Below are positions 40,119 to 50,786 of a stretch of 64,000 nt of DNA, in pieces. Each line of letters begins with the position of its first letter. Position 1 is the first letter of the stretch. The notes under the pieces were generated by a model. It saw only the letters and a program-made list of their open reading frames with translations, was not told the DNA's origin and made no database searches. The position numbers were made by a program, and so were the translations under genes. The DNA is from Bacteroidales bacterium (GTDB taxonomy: Bacteria; Bacteroidota; Bacteroidia; Bacteroidales; PUMT01), in the NCBI GenBank assembly GCA_007132715.1, contig SLOE01000050.1:4640-68639 (forward strand), read 5' to 3'.

Positions 40119-40405
40119 TAATGAGCAATTCATGACAGCCGGTACGGCACCAGGGAATATCACGCCATATGGGCAAATGACGATTGTCATAATTTTTATG
40201 GTGTACTTGACTATTTTCGCCGGCGTTGATTTTGGTCCTTAACAAATATAAACCGGTGTCATGTAGAGCTGACCTTCAATTTTCGAATTATTTTGTACAT
40301 TTGTTTGACCTATTCCGGTTTATGTTATATATTGCAATTATAATCAAGTCATTAACCATAACAGGCAGTAGTAAATTAATTATATAAAAGTAAAATTTCA
40401 TCCAC

Positions 40406-41026
40406 ATGGAAAATAAACTTCAGGAATTAACTGAGAAGATCTATGCTGAAGGGGTCGATAAGGCCAATAAAGAGGCTCAGCAGATTATTGACAATGCCAG
40501 GGCCGAGGTTGAGAAGATGCAGGAAAAGGCACAGGAAGATGCCGGCCAGATAATTGAAAAGGCTAAGAAGGAAGCAGAGGAGATTAAGAAGAATGTGAAC
40601 TCTGAAGTTAAGCTTTCGGCAAGGCAGGCGATTAATACCATCAAGCAGCAGATCACAGGTCTGATAACGGCAAAGGCTGCCGGTGAGAATATAAAAAAGG
40701 CTTTTAAGGACAAGGAATTTCTTCAGAAGATTATTGAGACAGCCGTGAAAAACTGGGATCCTAAGTCAGGCAAAACTATGGATATGGTTATTTTGTTACC
40801 GGAAAAGGACAGGAAGGAGCTTGACGATTATTTTAACAAAAAGCAGAAGGCTCTGCTGGATGCCGGACTGGAGATCAGATTTGATGACAGCATGGAGGCA
40901 GGTTTCAAGATAGGACCCAAAGATGGCAGTTACCAGATCAGCTTTACGGATGAGGATTTTGAGAATTTTTTCAGAAACTACCTCAGGCCCCGTACCAAAG
41001 AATTGCTTTATCCGGAAAAAGATTAG
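40406..41026 (+). CDS. V-type ATP synthase subunit E
   Basis: 206-aa ORF with a charged helical N-terminus (KIYAEGVDKANKEAQQIIDNARAEVEKM). It is the first gene of the V-ATPase operon. Confidence 0.85.
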   Translation: MENKLQELTEKIYAEGVDKANKEAQQIIDNARAEVEKMQEKAQEDAGQIIEKAKKEAEEIKKNVNSEVKLSARQAINTIKQQITGLITAKAAGENIKKAFKDKEFLQKIIETAVKNWDPKSGKTMDMVILLPEKDRKELDDYFNKKQKALLDAGLEIRFDDSMEAGFKIGPKDGSYQISFTDEDFENFFRNYLRPRTKELLYPEKD

Positions 41027-41154
41027 TGCCGGATGGTAAGGTTGTCAGCAACTACTGCTGCGGCAACTGCAACCGGTTTATCCCGGCAGATCCGGGCCCG
41101 GTTTTAAAAGTGATGATCAAGTATTAATATGAAATTAACCTGTATAATTCCATA

Positions 41155-41985
41155 ATGTTTGAAAGAAACTATTACTACCTGGTAGCCGGACTGCCTGACA
41201 TTCTGATCGACCAGAAAAAACTCAGCTTTTCCATAGCCGATTTCAGGGAGGATATGGAGTATCATTTGCACCCTGATGATTACAGGCTTGTTGAGATGCT
41301 GCACCTTCCGGCCGATAACAATAATCTGCTGAATCTTCTGATGAAATCGGGCGGGGAATTTGATGATAGCGGTAAGTATTCACAGGAAGAACTTGAGGAG
41401 GAGATCAGGGAGCCAGGAGCTGCACCCGGATACATGCAGCGGTTCATTACCGCCTATAAATCAGAAACCTCCGTTTTTGAGGGACTGTCCTGGGAGGACC
41501 AGCTCACCTGGCTCTATTATGATCATGTCAGGGGGTGCTCCAATAAGTTTCTGCGGGATTGGTTTGAGTTTGACCTCAACATAAGGAACATTGTTGCAGG
41601 CATCAATGTAAGGAAGCACAAGCTGAAGGGGAAAAAGTACCTTATCGGCGACAATTATATTGTCCAGGCCGTAAGGAAAAGCACCCTGAAGGACTTCGGC
41701 CTGGCAAATGACTTTGAATACATGGAGAAGCTGATTTCGGTCCAGGACAATGATAACCTCCTGGAGAGGGAGAAGGCAATGGACATTATGAGGTGGGACT
41801 TTCTGGACGAGGCCAATACATTTAACTATTTCACAGTAGAGGTATTGCTGGCTTATGTCATCAAGTTGCAGATGGTGCAGCGCTGGCTGGATATGGATCA
41901 GGAGACCGGACAGGAGTTGTTCAGGAAACTGCTTGATCAGCTTGAGAAAAGCTATGAGTTTCCCAAAGAGTTTTCGGAAAAATAG
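41155..41985 (+). CDS. DUF2764-type protein (subunit C-like component of Bacteroidota V-ATPase operons)
   Basis: 276-aa ORF starting MFERNYYYLVAGLPD. It lies between the E and A subunit genes, as in known Bacteroidota V-ATPase operons. Confidence 0.75.
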   Translation: MFERNYYYLVAGLPDILIDQKKLSFSIADFREDMEYHLHPDDYRLVEMLHLPADNNNLLNLLMKSGGEFDDSGKYSQEELEEEIREPGAAPGYMQRFITAYKSETSVFEGLSWEDQLTWLYYDHVRGCSNKFLRDWFEFDLNIRNIVAGINVRKHKLKGKKYLIGDNYIVQAVRKSTLKDFGLANDFEYMEKLISVQDNDNLLEREKAMDIMRWDFLDEANTFNYFTVEVLLAYVIKLQMVQRWLDMDQETGQELFRKLLDQLEKSYEFPKEFSEK

Positions 41986-42015
41986 TATAAAATAATTCGC
42001 TAACCATATTTTATA

Positions 42016-43785
42016 ATGAAAGAAAATAATATAACCAGGGGTAAAGTGACCGGAGTTATAGCCAACCTTGTGATGGTTGATGTTGACGGACCGGTTTCTC
42101 AGAATGAAATTTGCTATATCAATCTCGAAGGCGTCAGGCTGATGGCAGAGGTCATCAAGGTTTTTGAGAAACGTGCCTACATCCAGGTATTTGAGAGTAC
42201 CAGGGGGTTGAAGGTCGGCACTGATGTCGAGTTTACCAGGGGGATGCTCGAGGTAACACTCGGTCCCGGAATTCTTTCCCGGAATTACGATGGACTTCAG
42301 CATGACCTCAACAAGATGGACGGGGTGTTCCTGAAGAGGGGTGATTATACCGCCGCTCTGGACGACAAAAAGAAATGGACGTTCAAGCCGCTGGCAAAGA
42401 AGGGCGACCAGGTTCTGGCCGGTGACTGGCTGGGCGAGGTGAATGAGAATGAACAGCCGCACAAGATCATGGTACCTTTCAAATTCGAGGGTAAATACAA
42501 GGTTAAAAGCGTTGCGGATGAGGGTGAGTACACTGTGAATGACGAGATCGCTGTTCTGACCGACGGGAAAAACAACGAGGTGCCGGTTACCATGGTCCAG
42601 AAGTGGCCCGTCAAGATACCTATCAAGACCTACAGGAATAAACCACGACCTTTCAAACTTCTTGAGACCGGGGTCAGGACCATGGATACACTTAACCCGA
42701 TCGTGGAGGGTGGAACAGGGTTCATTCCCGGCCCTTTCGGTAGCGGCAAGACTGTTCTCCAGCACGCGATATCAAAACAGGCAGAAGCTGATATAGTTGT
42801 TGTTGCAGCCTGTGGGGAGAGAGCAAACGAGGTTGTTGAGATCTTTGCCGAGTTCCCGGAGATCGATGACCCGAGAACCGGCAGGAAGCTGATGGAGCGC
42901 ACCACAATTATCGCCAACACATCAAATATGCCTGTTGCAGCCCGTGAGGCATCTGTATATACAGCCATGACCCTTTCGGAATATTATCGCGCCATGGGTC
43001 TCAAGGTCCTGCTGCTTGCCGACTCAACATCGAGATGGGCACAGGCCCTCAGGGAGATGTCAAACCGCATGGAGGAGCTTCCCGGCCCGGATGCCTTCCC
43101 GATGGACCTTCCGGCAATTATTTCCAACTTCTATTCAAGGGCGGGCTTTGTTTACCTGAATAACGGCGAATCCGGTTCCATAACATTTATAGGTACCGTA
43201 TCACCTGCGGGTGGTAACCTGAAGGAACCTGTGACCGAATCGACCAAAAAGGCAGCACGCTGTTTCTACGCTCTTTCACAGCAGCGTGCCGACAGCAAGC
43301 GCTACCCTGCGATCGATCCGATTGACAGCTATTCGAAGTATATCGAATATCCCGAGCTGCAGGATTATATAAAGGAGAAGATATCCGATACATGGGTGGA
43401 CAACGTGATGCTTGTTAAAAATATACTTATCAGGGGCAAGGAGGCTTCGGAGCAGATCAACATCCTGGGAGATGATGGCGTGCCCATCAGTTATCATGTT
43501 GATTTCTGGAAGTCCGAGGTTATAGATTTTATCATTCTCCAGCAGGACGCATTTGACCCGATTGACCGTTCGTGCCCGATGCCCAGGCAGAAGTACATGC
43601 TTGACAAGGTTCTGGATGTTTACAATACAGAATTTGAGTTTGAATCATTTGAAGAGGTTAACCCCTATTTCAAGCGGATTATCAACGAGCTCAAACAGAT
43701 GAACTATTCGGAGTTTGAATCTGAGCAGTTTAAGAGACATGAAAAAGAATTGTATTATATAATCGACGAAAAGAAATCAAAGTAA
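42016..43785 (+). CDS. V-type ATP synthase catalytic subunit A
   Basis: 589-aa ORF with Walker A GPFGSGKT, LLADSTSRWAEALRE-like LLADSTSRWAQALRE, and VSPAGG. Confidence 0.95.
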   Translation: MKENNITRGKVTGVIANLVMVDVDGPVSQNEICYINLEGVRLMAEVIKVFEKRAYIQVFESTRGLKVGTDVEFTRGMLEVTLGPGILSRNYDGLQHDLNKMDGVFLKRGDYTAALDDKKKWTFKPLAKKGDQVLAGDWLGEVNENEQPHKIMVPFKFEGKYKVKSVADEGEYTVNDEIAVLTDGKNNEVPVTMVQKWPVKIPIKTYRNKPRPFKLLETGVRTMDTLNPIVEGGTGFIPGPFGSGKTVLQHAISKQAEADIVVVAACGERANEVVEIFAEFPEIDDPRTGRKLMERTTIIANTSNMPVAAREASVYTAMTLSEYYRAMGLKVLLLADSTSRWAQALREMSNRMEELPGPDAFPMDLPAIISNFYSRAGFVYLNNGESGSITFIGTVSPAGGNLKEPVTESTKKAARCFYALSQQRADSKRYPAIDPIDSYSKYIEYPELQDYIKEKISDTWVDNVMLVKNILIRGKEASEQINILGDDGVPISYHVDFWKSEVIDFIILQQDAFDPIDRSCPMPRQKYMLDKVLDVYNTEFEFESFEEVNPYFKRIINELKQMNYSEFESEQFKRHEKELYYIIDEKKSK

Positions 43786-45110
43786 TGGAAACTAAAGCTT
43801 TTCAGAAAATATACACGAAGATAACCCAGATCACCAAGGCAACCTGTTCACTGAATGCCGAGGGTGTAGGTTATGAGGAACTGGCCTCGGTTAACGGCCG
43901 CCTGGCTCAGGTTGTTAAGATACAGGGGCAGAATGTGACCCTCCAGATATTCGGAGGTACCGAAGGTATTCCTTCAAATGCCGAGGTTACATTTTACGGG
44001 AGGCCCCCGGTAATCAAGGTGAGCGATGACCTTGCAGGCCGTTTCTTCAATTCATTCGGACTGCCGATAGATGGCGGACCCGAGGTTGAAGGTGACGAGA
44101 GGGAGATAGGCGGGCCCTCGGTGAACCCGGTGAGGAGGGAACAGCCATCCGAGCTTATTGCAACCGGAATTGCGGGTATCGACCTGAACAATACCCTTGT
44201 CACGGGTCAGAAGATACCTTTCTTTGCCGATCCCGACCAGCCGTTCAACGAGGTTATGGCAATGGTCGCCCTTAGGGCAAAGGCCGACAAGATTATTCTA
44301 GGCGGCATGGGGCTGACCAATGACGATTATCTTTATTTTAAGAATGTTTTTGACAATGCCGGTGCACTTGACCGTATCGTCAGCTTTGTAAACACCACAG
44401 AGGACCCTCCGGTTGAACGCCTTCTTGTACCCGACATGGCCCTTACCGCTGCAGAGTATTTTGCTGTCGACAAGAACGAGAACGTGCTGGTGCTCCTAAC
44501 AGATATGACCCTGTATGCCGATGCGCTCAGTATCGTTTCAAACAGGATGGACCAGATACCTTCGAAGGACAGTATGCCCGGATCGCTATACAGTGACCTG
44601 GCAAAGCTGTATGAAAAGGCCGTTCAGTTCCCGGAAGGCGGTTCGATCACCATTATTGCCGTAACCACCCTTTCAGGCGGCGATATTACTCACGCGATAC
44701 CTGACAATACTGGTTATATTACCGAGGGACAGCTATTCCTGCGCCGTGATACCGAGATCGGAAAGGTGATAGTCGACCCTTTCAGGAGCCTCTCCCGCCT
44801 CAAGCAACTTGTGATCGGCAAGAAGACCAGGGAAGATCATCCGCAGGTGATGAACACTGCGGTACGTCTCTATGCCGATGCGGCCAATGCCCGTACCAAG
44901 CTTGAGAACGGATTTGACCTGACCGACTATGACGAGAGGACGCTCAAGTTCGCTAAGGAATATTCGAACAAGCTGCTGGCCATTGATGTCAACATCGATA
45001 CCGACACTATGCTCAATACGGGATGGGAGCTTTTCAGCGATAACTTCACCCAGGCAGAGGTGGGTATCCGCAAGGAGATGACGGACAAATACTGGCCGCG
45101 TAAAAAATAG
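43785..45110 (+). CDS. V-type ATP synthase subunit B
   Basis: 441-aa ORF with a non-catalytic nucleotide-binding fold (LVLLTDMT..., GSITIIAVTTLSGGDITHAIPDNTGYITEGQ). Its ATG overlaps the subunit A stop. Confidence 0.95.
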   Translation: METKAFQKIYTKITQITKATCSLNAEGVGYEELASVNGRLAQVVKIQGQNVTLQIFGGTEGIPSNAEVTFYGRPPVIKVSDDLAGRFFNSFGLPIDGGPEVEGDEREIGGPSVNPVRREQPSELIATGIAGIDLNNTLVTGQKIPFFADPDQPFNEVMAMVALRAKADKIILGGMGLTNDDYLYFKNVFDNAGALDRIVSFVNTTEDPPVERLLVPDMALTAAEYFAVDKNENVLVLLTDMTLYADALSIVSNRMDQIPSKDSMPGSLYSDLAKLYEKAVQFPEGGSITIIAVTTLSGGDITHAIPDNTGYITEGQLFLRRDTEIGKVIVDPFRSLSRLKQLVIGKKTREDHPQVMNTAVRLYADAANARTKLENGFDLTDYDERTLKFAKEYSNKLLAIDVNIDTDTMLNTGWELFSDNFTQAEVGIRKEMTDKYWPRKK

Positions 45111-45144
45111 TTGTCCGGATTACTGAACTGAAAATAACGATTGC

Positions 45145-45750
45145 ATGGCCATAAAATTTCAATACAACAAAACTTCGCTTCAGGACCTTAACAAGCAGTT
45201 GAATATCAGGGTAAGGGCTTTGCCGACGATAAAGAACAAGGAGACGGCGCTGAGGATGGAAGTGAAGAAAGCCAAGGACGAGGCATCTGCACTTGACGAA
45301 AAGCTCGAGGAGAAGATCAGAGCCTATGATTACATGGCAAGGTTATGGGTGGAATTTGACCAAAATCTTATAACCATAAGCGATGTTGAAGTATCTGTCA
45401 AAAAGATAGCAGGGGTTAGGACACCGGTGCTTGATGACATTATTTTCGAAATAGCCGACTTCAGCCTGATAAATAAACCGGACTGGTACTTTGACGGGAT
45501 AAAGATACTGAAAGAGCTTGCCCAGGTAGCGATCGAGAGGGAATTTTTCTACAGGAAGATGAAGCTTCTTGACCATGCCAGGAAAAAGACAACCCAGAAG
45601 GTAAACCTTTATGAGAAGGTTCAGATCCCCGGTTATGAGGAGGCTATACTGAAGATCAAGAGGTTCCTCGAGGATGAGGAAAACCTTGACAAGTCATCCC
45701 AGAAAATAGTTAAAACACGTCAACAGCAAGCAGAGGAGGCACAGATATGA
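45145..45750 (+). CDS. V-type ATP synthase subunit D
   Basis: 201-aa helical ORF (TSLQDLNKQL...RALPTIKNKETAL) in the operon position after subunit B. Confidence 0.85.
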   Translation: MAIKFQYNKTSLQDLNKQLNIRVRALPTIKNKETALRMEVKKAKDEASALDEKLEEKIRAYDYMARLWVEFDQNLITISDVEVSVKKIAGVRTPVLDDIIFEIADFSLINKPDWYFDGIKILKELAQVAIEREFFYRKMKLLDHARKKTTQKVNLYEKVQIPGYEEAILKIKRFLEDEENLDKSSQKIVKTRQQQAEEAQI

Positions 45751-47564
45751 TATCACCAATGATCAAGTATTCACTGCTGATATATCACCAGGAGTACGAA
45801 GATATCCTTGATGAACTGCGTGATCTCGGAGTGGTGCATGTGGTTGAAAAGGAGCAGGAGATAAGTGATGAGATCAGGGATAAATACCAGTACATAGACA
45901 AGGTGGATAAAGCCATAAGGTTCCTTAAGAACAGGGAAAATGACCATCCGGTAATAGGAGGCGAGCTTTACGGCAAGGATGTCTATGAGGAGCTTATCGA
46001 GCTGCAATCCCGCCAGGAGGGAATAATAAACAAGTTAAATACATTAAGGAAAGAGATACACGAGCTGGAGCCCTGGGGAAACTTTTCTCCCGATATGGTT
46101 GATAAACTCAGGGAGGAAGGTATAACCCTGAGGTTCTTTATCTGTCCCACCCGGAAGTTTGAACAGGAGTGGAAAGAGAAGTATACGATAGAGGAGATCA
46201 GTGTACATGGGGGACAAAACCATTTTATATTAATCTCCAGGGAGGGTGAAGAGGTAGATATCCCTGCCGAGGAGATTGCTCCGCCTTCACGCTCACTTGC
46301 CGGCCTCCGTGAAGAAAAAGAGGGTATCAAACAGGAGATGGAGGTCATTGAGAACAGGTTTGAGGAGATGGCGCGGATGGATCTGGATGCCCTTGTAAGG
46401 TACAAAAATGAGCTTATCCAGGAGCTGGAGTATGAAAAGGCGGTCCACAATACGGCAAGGGAAGCAGAAGAAAAGCTTATGATACTTGAGGGATGGGTCC
46501 CCAAAGAAGCAGCTCCGAAACTGAACAAATACCTTGACAACAGTTCGGCCGCATATATTACCTCGGTGCCGGGGCCGGATGACAAAGCTCCTATTCACCT
46601 TAAGAACAAGGGTTTTGCCAGCAAGTTTGAAAAGCTTGGTGAGCTATACTCCCTGCCAACCTATAAGGAGCTTGACATGACGCCTTTCTTTGCGCCTTTC
46701 TATGCTCTCTTCTTCGGCTTCTGCCTCGGCGATGCAGGATACGGTATACTGATGGCAGTTGCAGCAATTTTTGCCAGGAAAAAGGTGCAGAAAGAGTTGA
46801 AGCCCATGGCCGTGCTGGTTTTTTACCTGGGCCTGGCAACCCTGTTTTTCGGACTGATAGGCGGTACATTCTTCGGGATAAACCTTTACCATGCCGATCT
46901 GCCGGTATACCGCGACCTGCAGGCAATGTTTACCGAGCGGGGTACGGATATCAACATGATCCTGTTCTACCTTTCGATTATCCTGGGAGCTATCCAGATA
47001 ATATTCGGTATGGTGCTCAAGGCTGTTAATGAGACAATACAGTTCGGGTGGAAGTATGCCATGGGGACCTATGGCTGGCTCACCCTCATTGTGGGCAGCA
47101 TTCTGGTCTATCTGACAAGCATGGTAACGGGAATTCCCATGGAAGCCCTTAACCCGGTATTATATATGATACTTGGTGTAAGCGGCTTGATGATACTGTT
47201 ACTTAACAATCTGAACAGGAATATATTTACCAATTTCGGACTTGGTCTCTGGAACACCTACAATATGGCTACAGGACTTCTGGGTGATATTCTGTCGTAT
47301 ATCCGGCTCTTTGCCCTGGGTATTGCAAGTGCCATCCTGGGATTTGTATTCAACAGCCTGGCCGTATCGATGAGCGGCAATATTCCTGTGGTAAGCGCCA
47401 TAGTGATGATCATCATCCTGATTTTCGGTCACAGCATCAACCTGTTTATGTCGGGGCTCGGGTCGTTTGTCCACCCAATGCGTCTCACTTTCGTGGAATT
47501 TTACAAAAATGCCGGTTTTTCCGGGGGAGGCAAGAAATATAATCCATTTAGAAATATAGAATAG
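45747..47564 (+). CDS. V-type ATP synthase subunit I (a-subunit, membrane stator)
   Basis: 605-aa ORF with a soluble coiled N-terminal half and a polytopic C-terminal half that carries the conserved LSYIRLFALG arginine motif. Confidence 0.92.
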   Translation: MISPMIKYSLLIYHQEYEDILDELRDLGVVHVVEKEQEISDEIRDKYQYIDKVDKAIRFLKNRENDHPVIGGELYGKDVYEELIELQSRQEGIINKLNTLRKEIHELEPWGNFSPDMVDKLREEGITLRFFICPTRKFEQEWKEKYTIEEISVHGGQNHFILISREGEEVDIPAEEIAPPSRSLAGLREEKEGIKQEMEVIENRFEEMARMDLDALVRYKNELIQELEYEKAVHNTAREAEEKLMILEGWVPKEAAPKLNKYLDNSSAAYITSVPGPDDKAPIHLKNKGFASKFEKLGELYSLPTYKELDMTPFFAPFYALFFGFCLGDAGYGILMAVAAIFARKKVQKELKPMAVLVFYLGLATLFFGLIGGTFFGINLYHADLPVYRDLQAMFTERGTDINMILFYLSIILGAIQIIFGMVLKAVNETIQFGWKYAMGTYGWLTLIVGSILVYLTSMVTGIPMEALNPVLYMILGVSGLMILLLNNLNRNIFTNFGLGLWNTYNMATGLLGDILSYIRLFALGIASAILGFVFNSLAVSMSGNIPVVSAIVMIIILIFGHSINLFMSGLGSFVHPMRLTFVEFYKNAGFSGGGKKYNPFRNIE

Positions 47565-47596
47565 ACATTAAATTATTTACTTAACTTAATCTTTAA

Positions 47597-48058
<462 letters not shown>

Positions 48059-48081
48059 GAAGCGGAACAAGATCAATACGG

Positions 48082-48119
48082 GGACCCGCCATGCTGTATT
48101 GCAGGCGGGTCCTGTTTTT
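48082..48119 (+). terminator. Intrinsic terminator after the V-ATPase operon
   Basis: GGACCCGCC (48082-48090), a 13-nt loop, GGCGGGTCC (48104-48112), then TGTTTTT. Confidence 0.7.
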
Positions 48120-48202
48120 ACGGCTATTTTAAGGTATCATCTTTGAAAAATCTTTAATAAGGGCTATATTGCAGCATAGATAAAATATCACCCTTTACCG
48201 AA

Positions 48203-48634
48203 ATGCCTGAAATGATAATGTCAAACAGACTGAATCTGCGCAGCTTTACAATGACCTTTCTGGGCTTTGCTGCCTTAATCTATGTAATGGCTGGTTGTGA
48301 GAAGGATGACCTGGTTGCCATAAGGAGCATTGACACTGTTGAACCGGTTATTGTCTGGAGAACAGCTGAAACGGGCGGTAAATTTGTTGCCAACAGGAAG
48401 ATCGATCTGGTCGAATTCGGTGTATGCTACAATACATCTCCAAATCCAACAGTTGAAGATAACGTGGCACCTGGAACCGGCCTGGAGGAGATAATAGAAG
48501 CAAGCAGGTATGAGGCAGAGTTCAAAAGCACCATATCACTGCTTTTGCCCGGCACCACTTATTATATAAGGGCTTATGTGACTACCGGCTCAGGTACGGC
48601 TTACGGGAACCAGCTTACCTTTACAACAAACTGA
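48203..48634 (+). CDS. Hypothetical lipoprotein with an Fn3/Ig-like domain
   Basis: Lipobox MAGCEKDD. GVCYNTSPNPTVEDN...TYYIRAYV...YGNQLTFTT resembles the short beta-sandwich domains common in Bacteroidota surface proteins. Confidence 0.5.
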   Translation: MPEMIMSNRLNLRSFTMTFLGFAALIYVMAGCEKDDLVAIRSIDTVEPVIVWRTAETGGKFVANRKIDLVEFGVCYNTSPNPTVEDNVAPGTGLEEIIEASRYEAEFKSTISLLLPGTTYYIRAYVTTGSGTAYGNQLTFTTN

Positions 48635-48669
48635 CAGACCACAGGAATGGCCCCATACCAATTTATCAT

Positions 48670-49602
48670 ATGATATCCATTTGCATACCTGTTTATAACT
48701 ACAAAGTTGGGAGGTTGGTCAGGGATCTTGAATTACAGGCATATAGTTGCGGTGTTCCCTGTGAATTGGTAATAATAGATGACCATTCACCTAAAGCCTT
48801 AAGGGAACTTAACGAGGCTCCCTGCAGCAGGCACAGGTATATTAAGCTGGATGCCAATGTGGGGCGCTCGCGTATACGCAATATGTTTACACAATATGCC
48901 AGGTATGACTGGCTTCTGTTCCTTGATTGTGATTCAGAGATCATTACCGGCGAATTCCTGAAAAACTACATCAGTGAAATATCAGGAAGTGATGCGCCTG
49001 TTATTTGCGGGGGCAGGATATATGACAAGAACCTGCCTTCACCCGGGGAAAGGCTACGGTGGAACTTCGGCAGGGAAAGAGAAAGTATACCGGCTGCTGT
49101 CCGGCAGAAAAGCCCGGTCCGCTATTTTATGACCAACAACTTCCTGATAAGGAGAGAGGTTTTTGATTCCGTGAAATTTGATGAGAGGATAACCCAATAC
49201 GGGTACGAGGATACACTTTTCGCATATAATCTGGGGAAACTAGGCCTGAACATAACGCACATTGACAATCCCCTGATGCACTCGTGTGTTGAGACCAATT
49301 CGGCATTCATTGAAAAAACCGACAGGGGTATTGCAAACCTGGTGAGTATTATCCAATATACCGGCCAGGACACCGGCTTTATCAATACCGTCAGGATATT
49401 GGGCGTATATTTCGGCATGAGAAAGAATATTGCGGGCATACTTGCCGGGTATATACTGATGTTGTTGCGGCCGGCTTTAAGGATCATGCTTTGCCGCCGG
49501 GTTTCATCACTCTACCTGTTCGACCTGTACAAGCTTGGTTTGCTGCATCTGCTGATGAGAAAAAAAGGACCCCCGAAAAGAACTCCGGGGGTCAGCAGTT
49601 AA
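48670..49602 (+). CDS. Glycosyltransferase family 2
   Basis: The ORF starts ISICIPVYN and has VIIDDHS and a DCD(S) DxD-like motif, consistent with a GT-A fold. Confidence 0.8.
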   Translation: MISICIPVYNYKVGRLVRDLELQAYSCGVPCELVIIDDHSPKALRELNEAPCSRHRYIKLDANVGRSRIRNMFTQYARYDWLLFLDCDSEIITGEFLKNYISEISGSDAPVICGGRIYDKNLPSPGERLRWNFGRERESIPAAVRQKSPVRYFMTNNFLIRREVFDSVKFDERITQYGYEDTLFAYNLGKLGLNITHIDNPLMHSCVETNSAFIEKTDRGIANLVSIIQYTGQDTGFINTVRILGVYFGMRKNIAGILAGYILMLLRPALRIMLCRRVSSLYLFDLYKLGLLHLLMRKKGPPKRTPGVSS

Positions 49603-49673
49603 AACAGGCGTAATTTATCCTGATCCTTTATATGCGGTAATACTTCAACCGGTGCTGTAAAGATTTTTTATTA

Positions 49674-50474
49674 TTACCCTATCATTATTACCGAGGCCGG
49701 ATCATTAACCCTCAGTGTGAAAGATTCGGTGAGGAACAACCGGACCTCCTTGTCGTTATGCGATTCATAACCTATTGAGATATCCTGCCCGATAACCAGG
49801 TTGATATCCTCTGCGGAGGAAGGTACCAGGAATGCCTCTTCAATGAAATGGCACATAATTACCGGTCCTCCCAGCAGTTTTTCCAGCTGAAGCTTAAGCG
49901 GATATCCCTTGAAATGTGACGATATCTGCTTCCACAACGCGGGACTGACTACCAGTGTCCAGGGACCGGGGACTGATGCATCCATCATCTTTGTGATGCC
50001 CTCCGAAACCGTTGAGAGCAGGCCTTCTATGCTGCCGGGCAACTGCAGCTTTTCTGAAGCATTAACATCTTTGAGACCGGTGACTGATGCATTTTTCAAT
50101 CCGTAGTAGACAGTCTTTTCCTCAAACTCAGCCAGCTTGACGGCCGCATCTTCCAGCGGATCAAGATCTGCATCCCTGGCTCCCCTGGCCAGGTTGTCCA
50201 GTTCCCATATGTTAAGTTTAAAGCTTACCCGTGGTTCGATAAGCGGCTGTACCTTGTGAATGCCGTAAACAACGCCTTTTTTATCCTGTCCGCCCGGAAT
50301 ATCAAGTCTTCCGGCAGGCACTGCAGCATAGTCCCATCCATATGGTCCGCTTATTTCGGCGAACCTTCGTGCTGAAAGATGAGAGTTGAGTATCTGTTTT
50401 GCTGCCGAATTGATTTCCTGCCATGCTTCGTCAGAAAGCGGGGCCAGTGATTGCTTTAATATGTCCATAACCAT
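49674..50474 (-). CDS. Encapsulin nanocompartment shell protein (family 1, linocin M18-like, HK97 fold)
   Basis: The 266-aa ORF aligns by eye along its length with Thermotoga maritima encapsulin: LKQSLAPLSDEAWQEI, GPYGWDYAAVP, WELDNLARG, LGQDISIGYES and RLFLTESFT. Confidence 0.92.
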   Translation of the reverse strand: MVMDILKQSLAPLSDEAWQEINSAAKQILNSHLSARRFAEISGPYGWDYAAVPAGRLDIPGGQDKKGVVYGIHKVQPLIEPRVSFKLNIWELDNLARGARDADLDPLEDAAVKLAEFEEKTVYYGLKNASVTGLKDVNASEKLQLPGSIEGLLSTVSEGITKMMDASVPGPWTLVVSPALWKQISSHFKGYPLKLQLEKLLGGPVIMCHFIEEAFLVPSSAEDINLVIGQDISIGYESHNDKEVRLFLTESFTLRVNDPASVIMIG

Positions 50475-50786
50475 TTATTTTATTTTTCCTATTCCCAGGT
50501 CAGACGGATTATCATCTTTGCCGTCCTCCTTAAAAAGTTGTTTTCTTAGTTCGTCGTCCCACGCAGGCATGTTCTTCCGCAGCCATTCGATGGTTTTGCA
50601 TGCATGTTCGATCTCTTCATCCCTGTTGTGGATAAGAATATCCCTCAGTTCTTCATCTTTGGTTGTAACAACGCGCTGGTGATACCAGTCCACTGCCTCA
50701 ACCTCTTCCTTGAGGCTGTTCAGCGCCCTTGAAAAATCCCTGTCGCGGGGACTGAGCTCTTCTACAGGTTCATGATAATTTGACAT
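50475..50786 (-). CDS. Encapsulated ferritin (EncFtn/Flp cargo) with a C-terminal encapsulin targeting peptide
   Basis: 103-aa ORF with EEVEAVDWYHQR and DEEIEH (Glu/Tyr/Glu/His ferroxidase ligands as in R. rubrum EncFtn). The C-terminal SDLGIGKIK resembles the GSLGIGSLK-type targeting peptide. Its stop codon abuts the encapsulin ATG. Confidence 0.88.
   Translation of the reverse strand: MSNYHEPVEELSPRDRDFSRALNSLKEEVEAVDWYHQRVVTTKDEELRDILIHNRDEEIEHACKTIEWLRKNMPAWDDELRKQLFKEDGKDDNPSDLGIGKIK

Noticed and set aside
40132-40242. 36-codon ORF (MTAGTAPGNITPYGQMTIVIIFMVYLTIFAGVDFGP) with a hydrophobic segment, between prfC and the V-ATPase operon
   Set aside because: It is only the tail of a frame that is also open inside prfC. 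I have no conservation or expression evidence for it, and a chance ORF cannot be excluded.
41461-42765. 434-aa minus-strand ORF, the longest unexplained ORF in the window
   Set aside because: It runs antisense across the DUF2764 gene, the intergenic gap and the start of V-ATPase subunit A. I recognised no conserved motifs in it. It looks like an artefact of the purine-rich sense-strand codons, so I treated it as a shadow ORF.
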